A stretch of 63,031 nt of DNA, filler included, from Perkinsus chesapeaki ATCC PRA-425 (GCA_013115145.1; 6 parts of 6 records of this genome joined end to end with filler, not necessarily neighbours in it); one strand, 5' to 3'. Counted from the first letter of the whole stretch, positions 25,408 to 38,033 are shown. Numbers and translations are program-made. The notes: a model not told the origin generated them from the letters alone.

Positions 25408-25677
25408 CGAGATATGACTTCCACCAAGTATCCTTCTCTTCACGATTGACACGCCGTAGTAGCTTTGAGTTCGATGCAAAGGGATCCCAAGCTTCGTGTA
25501 GTTTTTTACCGTTTCTATGTCGCAGAAGGCGGATATTGTTTGGACCGGCATTCTTGGCGGAGTACTGTCGCTTGGGTACATCCAGTGGCGGCAGCATTTC
25601 CTAGGTAAGTACCTTGTCCCGCCCAAATACGATACATAAGTCATGAAGGAATTGTTGACAGCACTGTTTGAAACCAT
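25313..25677 (-). CDS. Small hypothetical basic protein overlapping the TRM8 3' end
   Basis: ORF MLPPLDVPKRQY...HEAWDPFASNSKLLRR...WWKSY. A possible upstream exon (ATG 25677) could join through a GT-AG intron. Confidence 0.4.
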
Positions 25678-25845
25678 TTCCTTTATTGTTTTTGCGTTAC
25701 TAGCATTAGTGGTGTACTTCCGGGCCGTCCTACAGAATCATTGGATTATCGATGCGGTGTAGAATAATAATAACATCATCAATTCTACCATCATATTTCC
25801 GCGTTAGTTTCTTTCGTTTTTAAATACTCTGAGGCAGGTGAGGAT

Positions 25846-26510
25846 TTGAGCAAGAAAGGCTACTATGACGAGTTCGGCAATAAGATAGACTTTGAGGATG
25901 AGCAGGACTCGAATCAGCCGATGGTCTCCAATGTAGCCATCAGCTCTAGGGATCATCGTCATAATCTTTTCCCTTCAGCCCATGAAGCGAGCAGTAGCCG
26001 GTCTGAAGGCTGTCTACACTCCTCACATTTTGGACCTAGCCGCCGCTGTCTCGGCCATCTGGGGGTATCGAGCGTTCAAGAGTGAGCTTCTGCTTTGGAT
26101 ATCTGCCGCCATCGCCTCGTCTTTCAGATATGAACAAAGTCCTGGAGCGTCGGTATGCAGACATTACCTACCAGATCAGGCGGCCGGATGTGCTCCTTAA
26201 TCGCATAGTACACTGTGTGTTGCTCACACGTCTGGCATTTGCTGCGCTCAGGCGTCTTTGAAGTACCTAGTGTACGGCGGCGTGCTAATACCAGTGTTGG
26301 CCGGCGGCTCTCTCGCCCTAGTTCAATGGCTCACACTTCCTGTAGAAGAGCGTGGCAAAGTAGGCTGATGCACCGTGGCCTTGTGTCCACCGCTGCATGT
26401 CAGACCTGGTCATCGCGAGCCCAAGGGACAGTCCTCGGCGACTATCTTTCAGCAGCGCAACGGACGCTGAGTCAAAGCGTCGTCGGGCAACACACCATCA
26501 GAGTAAGTCT
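25846..26510 (+). CDS. Small hypothetical membrane protein (spliced)
   Basis: Exons give LDLAAAVSAIWGY and LVYGGVLIPVLAGGSLALVQWL hydrophobic segments. Ends uncertain. Confidence 0.45.
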
Positions 26511-26698
26511 TATAATGTGTGTGCTGGTAACAGTTCGATTCCCTAGGCCGGTGACGACTTCCAGGATTTCGCCCACAGAATGCGCGAGCTGAGCACCCTC
26601 CGTGACGGTCTTGGCCCGTGGAAGCTTTGAGTGTGTGTAACATCAACGTGAATTACTGAAAACATTATCATTTTCCTCGTTTCTGCTCACTTCTGGCT

Positions 26699-26768
26699 TT
26701 TGTGTGAACAGTCACCGCCAACTCCCGGAATAGCCGTAAGCGAAAAGGGGGAGTTCAGACGCATGGGC
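26699..26768 (-). pseudogene. Frameshifted paralogous fragment of the 35354-35424 coding segment
   Basis: About 70-nt alignment to 35354-35424, sharing TTGTGTGAACAGT and GGAATAGCCGTAAGCG, with a 1-nt gap (ELPLFAYGYS versus ELLLSAYGYS). Confidence 0.6.
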
Positions 26769-28371
26769 GATCCCAGACACACCACTAAATGGGAGTAATC
26801 GTTTGATACCGGGTGGCTTGACACGACGTGCAGGATGTTCTGGGTAAGCCGATGGTTAGGCAATGGCGAATTCGACCACCGTTTAAGACAATCGGCTCAC
26901 AGACAATCATATCTCGGGAAATTCGCCCCCCTTGCATTCGGGTTGGAGAATCGACCACGATGCACTCTCATTGTGGAGCCGAGTCGCCTCAGCCGACCGG
27001 GGCGACGCGGCGAGGCGCGGCAAGTCACTTGCTCCTCGCGTTTCCGGATTTCTTGGCGCTACAAGCCTTGCGCCTGAGCCTTATGCGTGCGATGCACGCC
27101 GTGCATTCCGCATAAGTTTTTGCCCAACATTGAACCTCTGATGGGTGTGATGCGGAGATGCGAGAATTTATCAACTTCTCATTAATCAACTTTTGTACAT
27201 TTTCTAATAAATCGGATATGGCATCAAATACTAGAAAACCTGGACAATGGTCTCCCGGGACTGCAAAAAAATCTGCCTGGCGGCCGATTTCTAGCCTCAA
27301 CCGATACACGTGCAGTGCAGTGCACGTACATTCGAACTCAGTGCATGTATCCTTTGTGAATACGAAGCTCGAAGACACATAACTCGGGCGAAGGGCATTC
27401 GGTCCGCTGGTGCGAAACGAGGCTCGCATCGTCAAATTCATAATCGTACATACGACCATACATGAGTGCCATCGCGGGAATAGCAATAACGCCTGCGTCC
27501 TCGGAAAGCAGTGGGAACTGATGCGTCTCCCTCCGTAACGATCGACGGTAGGCCAATTATTATATCGATATTCAATACACAATGGATTTGCCGTTACCGG
27601 TGATCTGCCACGTGGTACATCATAGTCCATTCGTTCACTGCTTACTTCCCTCAGCGCACCTCTCTATTCATGAGCCGTCGTATCACTGTCCCTCGGTACC
27701 GCTGGTTCACGTGCACACACTTGACTTCACTCGCACGGTGCGAGTCGCACCGGCTCATTTATGCAGGGAATCGGTCACGATCATCGTATTCACCAAGTCC
27801 TTGAGCAGATGAGGTATTGGCGGACGTTTCGATCAAGCTGTTCGCAGGAGGCCAGAGGAACCAACAGAAAAATCCTATCCTGGGGCGGGGCCGTAACACC
27901 CGATCATCCCGCGGGAACAGCACAGATGTCAGTTTCGGTCGCCCAGATGATGGCGCGTGCTACAAGTTCTACAACTGTGTTCACAATCGTAGCCTACGAT
28001 TGTGAGCACAGATATAGACTAGTATAGGGCGGAAATAGTATTGATGATAGGCAGCGTCAACACGGCTCACAGTAACTCCCGACTCGCGGGTGAGGTAGGC
28101 CTGGAAGGCCTTTGAGGGCTCCTGAGGACAAAAACGGATGCATACTGTAATGAGCATGTGAGTAGCTCTATGTCGCCGCAGCAGCTTAACATTTATGAGA
28201 TAGTAAGCATATAGAAATAGTTACCTAACAATCTTCAGCCGAGCTTTGTGCGGAAGGCGCCCCTCCACTTGAGGGTTATTGGCAGCGCAGTGGGTGAAAT
28301 GACGACCTATCTTTATGCAGGCTTCGAGCTTCTCATTCCACAGGCAGTTATCACGCTTCCTTCTGTTGATA

Positions 28372-29691
28372 ATGATAGCTACCATTCTGCTGCTCCTTTC
28401 TCTTGGTGTTGTATCCTCTACATTATCTAATCGAACCCTCATAATGGTAACAAACCACGGAGAATCTTTGGATAGCCGCCATTTGCCACGTATGTTGACG
28501 AGAGCCCTCGGCACATCACGCAGATTAAGTGAAGGAGATCTGAAATGTGAAGAATGCCTGATGAAGGGTGGCATGGTTGAGGACCTTTCGGCTATTGGTA
28601 TTCAAGTTATCAGCTCCAGGTGCCCCGCTACGGTATCCGAAATCTCAAACTATATGAAAAGAGCTGAGGATGCCCTGAACGTGGTCACCTTGGTCGAGCC
28701 TGATGGTGAAGTGTACCTTCAAGACACCTCTGAACGTCCCCCATTTGCCCAGGCTCCAAGCTCTTGTGGGGTCAACCCTAGACTTGGTACTAATGATCCG
28801 GAATCTGGATGCCAGACCAACTTGGAGACTATACGCGTAACTGCTGCATGGGAGCTTATCAGGAAATTCAATCGCACCAGGCCTCTCGAGGAAGTGGTGG
28901 TTGCTGTTATCGACAGCGGAGTGGATACCAAACACCCCGATCTCATCAAGCAGTTCTGGAGACACCCCGTGGATGGTTCTATTGGCTACAACTTTATCGA
29001 GAATAATACTGATGTGACTGACCTCAATGGTCATGGTACTGTGTGTGCGGGGATTATTGCCGCCGAAACTAATAATAGCATTGGCGTGGCGGGTATCGCC
29101 GGTGTCAGCAATGTAAAGTTAATGATACTAAGATTCCTAGATGAGCAACGACTGGGATTCATAACAGACGCGCTCCGAGCACTCAACTTTGCTGTTAAAA
29201 TGGGAGCACAAATATCTTCAAATTCTTATGGTTCTTACTCAGACAGTGTGATCTACAGGAATGCCGTTATCAATGCTGCTGCAAAAGGGCACGTGGTTAT
29301 CACAGTATCCGGTAACGATGGGCTGTCTCTAGACACTAATCCAGTTTTTCCATGTTCTTACGTCGACGTACCGACTTTGCTCTGTACTGCTGCTACAAAC
29401 TCTGGCCCTAACATTGCCCTTTACCCTCTCTCGAATGTAGGTTCTGCCGTCAATATTCTGGCCCCCGGTATCAACATACGTTCTACCTTCCCGGGGGGTT
29501 ATGACAATCTCACCGGTACGTCAGCGGCTGGTCCGCACGTCGCCGCCACTGCTGCCTTACTCGCTTCTCTGGGCCTCAAGGGTCAAGAGATTAGAGATTC
29601 AATCGTTGAGTCTGCAAGAAGTGTGCTGGATAACCAGCCACCCCTACTCGACGCAGGGGAGGCAGTTATGAGAGCACTGTCCTGTGTATAA
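28372..29691 (+). CDS. Secreted subtilisin-like serine protease (S8), intronless
   Basis: Signal peptide MIATILLLLSLGVVSS and a prodomain. Catalytic VAVIDSG (D), NGHGT (H), SGN oxyanion Asn and GTSAAGPH (S). Confidence 0.95.
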   Translation: MIATILLLLSLGVVSSTLSNRTLIMVTNHGESLDSRHLPRMLTRALGTSRRLSEGDLKCEECLMKGGMVEDLSAIGIQVISSRCPATVSEISNYMKRAEDALNVVTLVEPDGEVYLQDTSERPPFAQAPSSCGVNPRLGTNDPESGCQTNLETIRVTAAWELIRKFNRTRPLEEVVVAVIDSGVDTKHPDLIKQFWRHPVDGSIGYNFIENNTDVTDLNGHGTVCAGIIAAETNNSIGVAGIAGVSNVKLMILRFLDEQRLGFITDALRALNFAVKMGAQISSNSYGSYSDSVIYRNAVINAAAKGHVVITVSGNDGLSLDTNPVFPCSYVDVPTLLCTAATNSGPNIALYPLSNVGSAVNILAPGINIRSTFPGGYDNLTGTSAAGPHVAATAALLASLGLKGQEIRDSIVESARSVLDNQPPLLDAGEAVMRALSCV

Positions 29692-31749
29692 GCTTCATCT
29701 GTAGGGTTAAATATGGTCGACTACAGCAGAGGTATCTGTAAACTACTCGCCAACTCCACTATGGAGCTCCCTCTTTCAGTGTGCATGCGTGCCGGTAGAA
29801 TCTCACTCGGGCTCATCAGATCGCTTTCGCCCTGTTGAATTCCCGTGGCCGCTTTTCATGACACTTTAAGTTATTTGGATGAGGTTTATATTTGTATAAG
29901 CTATCATGGTAGTTCGACAAGTCTTGTTCTACTTTCTCCCTCATTTCCAACACTTGCTCTGTCACTTGATATTATGCCGTGTAAGTGGATGGACCCTTGT
30001 TAAAGGCCAAAATGGCACATCCGTGTAGCGTTAGTCAGCAGGGGATTTCCGGTGCTTCTCGACAATCTATGATAGATTATTTTTCGTATTTGCCTTCTTG
30101 CCTTAGTTATGCAGAGTAGTAGCATCGTTTGTTAGTCAGCAGTTGAAAACAATATGACATTAAAATGCATCTTAAAGCCAGCTTAGTAGCAGTGAGGCCA
30201 TACACCTTAGTGACGCACTTGTAGCAATGGCGCAATAAACTGACGGAGCTTTAGCAATGACAATGCGTTGCGCAGGGAGCTGCAGTCGGTTTATATGTAA
30301 GCTTATACCTAAGCCAAAGGTCAATCGTTTACTTTTATTTTCATATTCTACACTTGTAGGGGAGGTACGTAGTCCGTATTAACTACGCATTGAGCAATGC
30401 GTTCGGTGTTTAGCGGCAGCCGGTTTCGTTATCATGTGCAGCACGTGCATTGTGTGAAATATTCTACTTATTGGCTCCGCAACTTGACCGCTACTAAACC
30501 CATGCTCTACAGCTACGGTCCATACTGTATGGAAGGTCTCACTTACGAAGATGAGATTCATCAGAACCTTCCAGTCTCGAGCTGGATCTTACAGACTGGA
30601 AGCTTCTTGATCAGTCTTTTATGCGACTCACATAGAAGACTGACCAAGCGTTCTAGTAACTCATCCTACAAACTATTCATGAGAGTTCCTAGTCTCGTAG
30701 TGAGGCTCAAGAAGTGGGCCTAATTGTTTTCGTAGCACGCCACCAGTTGGAGCCCAACCTCCTATCCAGAAATGGGGAAACCAAGGGATGCGGCTCGCAG
30801 GAAGAGCGCAGATTCCCGCAGTATTCTAGTCTTCATACTTCCGCAGAACTAGCAAGAGTTCGGTATGGGCTGATGTAAAAAATAAAGTCGGGTCGCTTAA
30901 CGATGGCGCTATGGCGTGGAAATGCTAGAAGCGCACCCTTGCTCAGATATACAGCTCGCACAATCTAAATGCCCAATTTAATATGGATGGCCGTCTGTAT
31001 AACGTCTCAAATAGTGTCCAAAGCGGCCTAGGATTTGATATAGAAACTGATCTAACATGGATATATTGTTGAAGCATTCTGCAGGTTTGATTTTCGAGAA
31101 TAAGCTTTGTGTGCCTTTCTGCAACGTAGGGCGTCCATCATGTAAAACCTCTTCGCTGTAAGAACTTCACGTTGGTTGTATAAAGGCAACCAGAGAATAA
31201 GCTTCAGACATGAAATTAGATTGTTCCTCAGGCACTTCTCACAGGGCCGAACATCCATTTTGGGAGAGTTCCTATATAAAATCTCGGGTTGTTATGAGCA
31301 GTAGTTGAAATGTTAAGTCATACACAATAAGTTGGGTCTTCACTGAAGACTTCAGTAGCGCTTACTATAGCATCGGTCAACTGATGTAGTCGTAGTACAC
31401 GGAAGCATACTCGACACTTATAGATAGCACCTGAGCATTTGCAGCGGAGCACCCACGTGAAACGTCACTGATCCACGTCACCGTGACCGTCTCCGAGCAT
31501 TGAAAATGGCACACCTGCTCATTCAGAATCATATCATCCCAACATATACCCTGTTCTTGTATATACTGTATTAATAATGGGCGATCTTCGATCTTCAGTA
31601 GTTCTTTCAGGCAGTTCTCTCGCTGACTTTTCGTGAATGGTGGCGGTTTTGTTTCCTTGTTTCGTCGTTACATTTTTTCCAGCTCACGGCGAAAAAACAA
31701 GCTTCACTTTATCGAGGATTCCTATCAATAGTAATCCACTTAAGCCGGC

Positions 31750-33211
31750 AATATTCTTCTCACCTAATGGTCAGCGCACCTCAGTTCTTCCAAGTGATTC
31801 TCAACTGTAGATACCTTCGAGCATATTGAAACACTGACAATGCAATACCCTTTCCCGGGTCGTTGGCTGCGATCGATAATTGTTAGCGAGGATGGCTCGG
31901 AAGTGTTGCTCGGAATGACTTACCAGTAAGTCATAGCTAATCTTTCATTTCTCGTCCCCTTTCTCTCAGGCATTATTTCTCGATGACTAACCCCTTTTCA
32001 GTTGAAGGCCCCAGCATTGAAGGTTCGGTTCTTGTGCTGCCTAACCCAGGGCCTAGAGGTCCGAGTGATCATCCTTATGGTAAATGAAAGGTCCAGTTTC
32101 CGTAACCTTTAAGCATGCTCATGTCGAGGTTGGTTGAAAGCACTGACTGTCAACGGTGTCTATAAAGGGGGACTGAAAGGAGAGTTTTATGCTAGCTACG
32201 AACATGGCAACATCCTGAAGTATTGAAAGCCCACATTATTATACCTAAGTTCACAGTATTTACTTTGAGATACCCGAAAGGTCTTGATGCAAATGGGAGT
32301 TATGAACTCCAGTTAGTTCGTTGGAAATGTAGATCTCACTCTCCGAAAGCTATTCTAAAACTTCGTAAGTCAACCTGGTGGGAGGGATCAGTTTTTCCAT
32401 CAAGCCCAACTCCAGGTAGCGAGGATGACGGCCTTCTGTTAATAATGTGCGAAGATTTGATAGACGATGGGAACATGTCGATTAGCGAGGGTTATGCTTA
32501 CGATGAGTCTTCTGAGGAAGGTCGAGGCTTTCGTATCGTTGTAAGAAAAAATAGTCGACCGTGCTCGTCACTCTAATCGTTAGCTATCGTATTTCTTCAG
32601 GCGGAGGGCTTCCAGCCGGCGAGTCTCTCTCGGTTCAGGAACGACTTGATAATTCTCTGCTGGAAGTAGAACTTCTCGTGCTTCGACATAATTGAATCTC
32701 TCTTCTTATTTTAGACAAACTGTAACGAGAATATTATCAATCAATATAGAGCTGCTCCATCGAGCTATCACCGAAAATACACTCATTACACCACAAGTTG
32801 TTGTGGAGTTGGACGGCAGCGACGGGTAAGTGCCGCGAGGCTCTCCGAGAGTCACTCTCGCGGCGAGAGCTCAATCTAACTTACATAGGTTATGTGATAT
32901 AGCAGACTGCTATTAGCCGTAGGAGCCTTTTAAAAGCGTTCTGCGAGTACCCTTCATAGGATCAGGCTTTACTTTACCGTCTTATCATCGAACCGATCCG
33001 TGATAGCCTTTCAACTCAACCCTTACCCTACAGGTACATGGTTGGAATAGCGGAAGGCCTTGCAATTCAGGAAGATTCAGAATCCGGCGTCGTGTTTCTT
33101 TACATCCTCAGCAGGAGATTTCTGACCGCAGCCGATGAACGTCCAAGCCAGGACCGCGACATCCATATCTTGTCAAAATTCCGTTGGACTTCAACCGATT
33201 TCATCCCTGCA

Positions 33212-33243
<32 letters not shown>

Positions 33244-33370
33244 CCTGGTCGAAGTGAAGATTCCCCTGCCGGAATCTCATGGCGTCCGACCGGGCATCTA
33301 TGTGACCCCCATCACTATGATTTTCATCTTAATTACTTTGGGAGCACTACATACTCGATACTTAGGCTGA
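31750..33370 (+). pseudogene. Possibly degenerate surface/membrane protein with a poly-Thr stalk and C-terminal hydrophobic segment
   Basis: Last exon 33038-33370 has T11, encoded by (ACT)10 plus ACC, and a terminal ITMIFILITLGAL. Upstream exons are fragmentary and contain stops. Confidence 0.35.
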
Positions 33371-33680
33371 GCATGATCGTCTATAAACTGGCTCTCGCCA
33401 CATCTGACGCTCACATTGACTTCCTCTACCAAGCGTAGGCCATTAATATATTGTCGTCATCTACGTATCGAATGTCCGCCTTAATGAGGCTTCGGGCCAT
33501 TCAGATTTTTCTCATTTCGATCCTCCGGTATGACTTGTTTTCACATAAGACTTCTTCTCATCAGATGTCATATCTCTTTGATTGTTCTAATAGTTCCATC
33601 CAAAAGGAAACTAAAGTCCAGGAGTTGTGTTGTCATATGTGTATAAATCCCGTATGAGAAATGCTCTCCCTGCACCCTCC

Positions 33681-33723
33681 ACCAATGTTAATTGACTAGC
33701 ATTGCTCGTCAATTAACATTGGT
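33681..33723. repeat. Perfect 16-bp inverted repeat (hairpin)
   Basis: ACCAATGTTAATTGAC / GTCAATTAACATTGGT around an 11-nt loop that can itself pair (AGC/GCT). Confidence 0.95.
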
Positions 33724-35099
33724 CGAGCGAACGAAGAATCAACAACACCAGATGTAAATAGTCATGGTCCGTGACTCACGGAAATATCATAACCTCATGA
33801 GTTAGCTTTGCAAACTAACCCTCATTAATGTTAGCTTTCATCGATATTCTCTCCGGGCTGGGGAAATCTCCTCAATGTTCTTCTCATCTTAATCAAACCT
33901 TCCCCCGACCTTGAGTGAAAATAACAGAATCTAACTAGCGCTTCGAACATCTAACAAGCGTAGGAGCCATTGGCCAATAGAGCTGTTCAAGAAATGGTCG
34001 AAGATGCTCGAGACGTGGGCGTTCAGTTAGGGGCATCCGCGAAACGAGGCTTCGCGATAACAGAGACTAGAGATGCTCCGCTCACGCAGCTCGACCGGAA
34101 CAGCGACAAGGAAGAGGCTTCGGCGAATTTTATATTACGGTAATTCACCTCCTACTACATCTTATTACTGTCGCTAAACAGAAATGCAGCTTTCGGGTTA
34201 AAAATACAGCAAGAGTGCAGCAAAGATTTTGTTATATTCCATAAAAACAAGTCCTGAAATCACAGTTAGCATTTTCCGCATGATCATAATTATATGTACG
34301 GTAATGTTCGCTGATTTGTACTCAAATGTCACACAGGGGCGATTTAATGAAAAAGCTTCTTACACGTTTGCCTCTTGGTTCTTTTTGCTCCAGATCTCGA
34401 GCGATAGTATTCATGTGGCTCGAAAGCTTTAAAGTAAAATTCATTATGTATCGTAGTGCACGAATCCCGCACTAGGACGCACATCGTGCAACGCTATAAC
34501 GTCTCTCCCACCTTACGATTTGTTGCATCACACACGAGGTCAACTAACAATACCCAGTCAATGGACGATGAGCTGGATGCTGTTTATGTTCGTTATTATA
34601 TTCAGCACAAATCGTTGTATTGTTTACACTGTACACCAAAACTTAGATGCTGCTAATGACGAGTCCTCCTTAACTTATGCACTGCGTTGCATTGCGTAAC
34701 AAGGATCATCTTCGAATAGTTGGCCGTCATGTATGCTTTTCAACTGTTCTCAATCGTTTGTTGTATTTTTATTTGTCAATATGGCGCCTCCATTGATTTT
34801 GTTCATTCTGGCGTCCCATCCGCCACTGTAGCGTCTTTTTCGCACGTCGGATTGATGCAGTCGCATGCGTCTATTCAAGACATCTTATCCTCATTTTTTC
34901 GTTCGTTTTTCTCTTCTATAATTTCGTTGGGGATATTTGAAGTTAGATTGTTACCATTGGAGAAACATTACGTCATATACTGTATCCCCTACAAGATTTT
35001 TCGATATACTCGAAGTATCGAGCCCAAATACTCAAACTCCGTGAACAACCACTCCTCGGAGGGTATATATATTATAAGGCGCAACCCATTGTTAGTAAG

Positions 35100-36400
35100 C
35101 TTAGTTGTAGGAGGTTTTGATGGCATAGGCAAGGGACGGTATATAAAGGTGTGCTATATTGTAGCATACTCTCACCGTCCAAACACAGAAACCAGCCGAC
35201 CATTCCCTCCTTCCTATTGTGGTAGAGATCTCTAGGAAGTTCCTAGAGATCTCTACCGCTGCCCAGCACGTAGACGGCGAGCCTGTGCTGGAACAACTGG
35301 GACTGGTACCTTCATCAACCAATCATTCACCTCGTCTCCTCTTATCTCTTGTATTGTGTGAACAGTAAACGCAAAGCCTAAGGAATAGCCGTAAGCGGAC
35401 AGAAGGAGTTCATGCACATAGGCACGACCTCTGCATATGCAGATGCCGGCCACAGTTAAGTTGCACAACAAAAATTCACAAGAACTCGCTAGAGGACTTC
35501 GGGCGAGGATGAAGTCGTGGGCCTCGAGACCGCACTAGAAATAAAATGCCGGCAGAACCGCCGACAGTGATGGCGACGCCAGCAAGGATCGGAGAAAGGA
35601 ATACGCCTGAGGAGGGTTACGAGGGGACGAATCGGTGTGGGCTCACCGGCTGTGGCCGCGACTGCAGTTGATAATACAACAGTCACCATTACAGCCTCGG
35701 GATCGGACTGGCAAAGACCTTCAAGGCTGTCAGCACAAGTTATACCTGATGACTAGTTGATGCAGTATTTGTTCGTTAGCTTACATCTCTTCGGGCAGTG
35801 TGCCTCGGTACCACCCTTAGGGCCTTTGGACCCGGTTTGCTGCAATGCCTGCCAAAGACTATACGAGAACGCTCAGGGACTAGAGCTTACCCCTGGCTGG
35901 GCCCGGAGCAGCTCATGCCTCCGAACTTGATCCCTCAGAGCTCTTCTCTCCCTCCGTATCCGCCTCACTTCTACAGGCGATGCTGATGGTGACGACCGCG
36001 TTGGCAAAGGCGGCAGCTGACCAGAGGCTGAAAAACAGCAGTGGAACCGGTGGTTCGGCTGTGAGTGAAGTACGCTCAATTGATGGTGTCCCGAATGCCG
36101 ACCGTGGCAGGTCCTCAATGTCGAGCTCGTAGGGGGCAGCTAGAGGGGAGCTGAAGCTCGATGCGGAGCTGGGGGAATCAGGTGCCGACTCTGCCAGGTC
36201 CTGTATAACCTGCAGCATAATTTAATACAGAAGTAGAACAAAGAGCTCACATTCAGTGCCGAGGATGCAGCTGGAAGGTCCATCCGAGTAGGTTCAGCCA
36301 TTAAGTAGGTCACCACCGTAGTTTTTACACTATGGCCTTTGCTGGAATCCTCGCGATGCGGGCTCGCTGTCACCAAGCACCGGGTTGGCTGTCACCAGCA
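35100..36400 (-). pseudogene. Probable degenerate multi-exon membrane-protein gene
   Basis: Hydrophobic exon-like pieces (LLFFSLWSAAAFANAVVTISIA; ELLLSAYGYSLGFAFTVHT) and a paralogous remnant at 26699. Confidence 0.3.
35221..35257. repeat. Perfect 18-bp palindrome with a single G spacer
   Basis: GGTAGAGATCTCTAGGAA-G-TTCCTAGAGATCTCTACC. Confidence 0.95.
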
Positions 36401-37099
36401 TGTAGCGCACGCCCAAAAATGCCCGCCGTTTCGTTAATCACAATAGCACGGCCTACGGCCGTGCGGCTCCGTACATGCCGTACTTCGCAATCTTGGAGCT
36501 GGGAGATGACGGCTAGGGGCTGTGGACGTTAGCTAGTTCGCCTCAAAATGATATGTGGACGATCGTGATTTACACAGGAATTCGCTGTAGAGCGATGTTT
36601 CGGTGATAGATGCGGAGATACAACACCCTTCGAGGGTAGATAGCCAAGGAACTCAGGTTAGCAGGCCTCATCTCGCCACTATCGTCCCTCATTGTCATTG
36701 GCCCGTGTTGTTTCTCAGCATCACTAACGGGCGACCTACCATGGGATGTCTACCTACTATGGGTGACAGGCTACTGCTTAGAAATTTATTCATTTATGCA
36801 TGAAATATTCTATGTCGTTATTAATGCAGCATTGACTGTCAGTCAATGACTGACGCAATGGTTAGGACGGGCCTACTGGAGGGTTTTGGCGGAAGAAAGG
36901 TACGACTCCGAATGAGTTCTTTTCCTCCTTGACGAATGGCGTTCTCCGGTTTTCTAATCTGGGCGATTGTGAACACCATACGATAGCTATACCGGGCACT
37001 GGTGTTTTCGCTATCCGAAATGACTTATCATCTCGCGGAAGGGACTATTCCAGGGGTTGGAGAAGGAAATCTCCATTGGAGAGACAATATCATCTCAAA

Positions 37100-37933
37100 G
37101 ACTACAATCATATCAACTATAATGATATTCACTACAACCATATCAACTATAATGATATTGACTACAACCATATCAACTATAATGATATCAACTATAATGG
37201 TATCAACTATAATGATATCAACTATGATGGTATCAACTCTAATAATATCAACTATAATGATATTGACTATAATGATATTGACTGCAATCATATCAACTAT
37301 AATGATATCAACTATAATGATATTGACTCCAACCATATCAACTCTAATAATATCAACTATAATGATATTGACTATAATGATATCAACTATAATGATATAG
37401 ACTACAATCATATCAACTATAATGATATTGACTACAATCATATCAACTATAATGATATCAAATTTAATGAACTATAATATGAACTATAATGATATCAACT
37501 ATAATGATATTGACTACAATCATATCAACTATAATATTATCAACTATAATGTTATCAACTATAATGATATTGACTCCAACCATATCAACTCTAATAATAT
37601 CAAATATAATGATATTAACTGCAATCATGCCAGCTATAATGATATTGACTACAACCATATCAACTATAATGATATTGACTGCAATCATATCAACTATAAT
37701 ATTATCAACTATAATGATATCAACTATAATGATATTGACTCCAACCATATCAACTCTAATAATATCAAATATAATGATATTAACTGCAATCATGCCAGCT
37801 ATAATGATATTGACTACAACCATATCAACTATAATGATATTGACTGCAATCATATCAACTATAATATTATCAACTATAATGATATCAACTATAATGATAT
37901 TGACTCCAACCATATCAACTCTAATAATATCAA
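37100..37933. repeat. 15-bp satellite (consensus TATCAACTATAATGA) with a 165-bp higher-order repeat
   Basis: Variant TGACTCCAAC recurs at 37571, 37736 and 37901, a period of 165 = 11 monomers. Truncated by the gap. Confidence 0.95.
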
Positions 37934-38033
37934 NNNNNNNNNNNNNNNNNNNNNNNNNNNNNNNNNNNNNNNNNNNNTTAATTAATTAANNNNNNNNNNN
38001 NNNNNNNNNNNNNNNNNNNNNNNNNNNNNNNNN
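37934..38033. other. Artificial contig linker
   Basis: N/TTAATTAATTAA/N, 100 bp. Confidence 0.98.

Noticed and set aside
28200-28372. Relic spliced-leader sequence upstream of the intronless subtilisin
   Set aside because: No CCGTAGCCAT...GGCTCAAG-like match seen here or elsewhere in the window by eye.
34720-35235. 171-aa plus-strand ORF
   Set aside because: GTG start, low-complexity Phe/Ser/Ile composition and no motif; likely spurious.
35236-35245. GAAGTTCCTA resembling the start of an FRT site
   Set aside because: Only 10 nt match, and there is no FRT spacer or second arm; it is explained by the local palindrome.
36929-37989. Long ORFs in the NDINY/MISTI/IIIVD repeat as real genes
   Set aside because: Open frames arise automatically from a stop-free 15-mer, and the repeat changes frame near 37461-37480. 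Kept only as a satellite finding.
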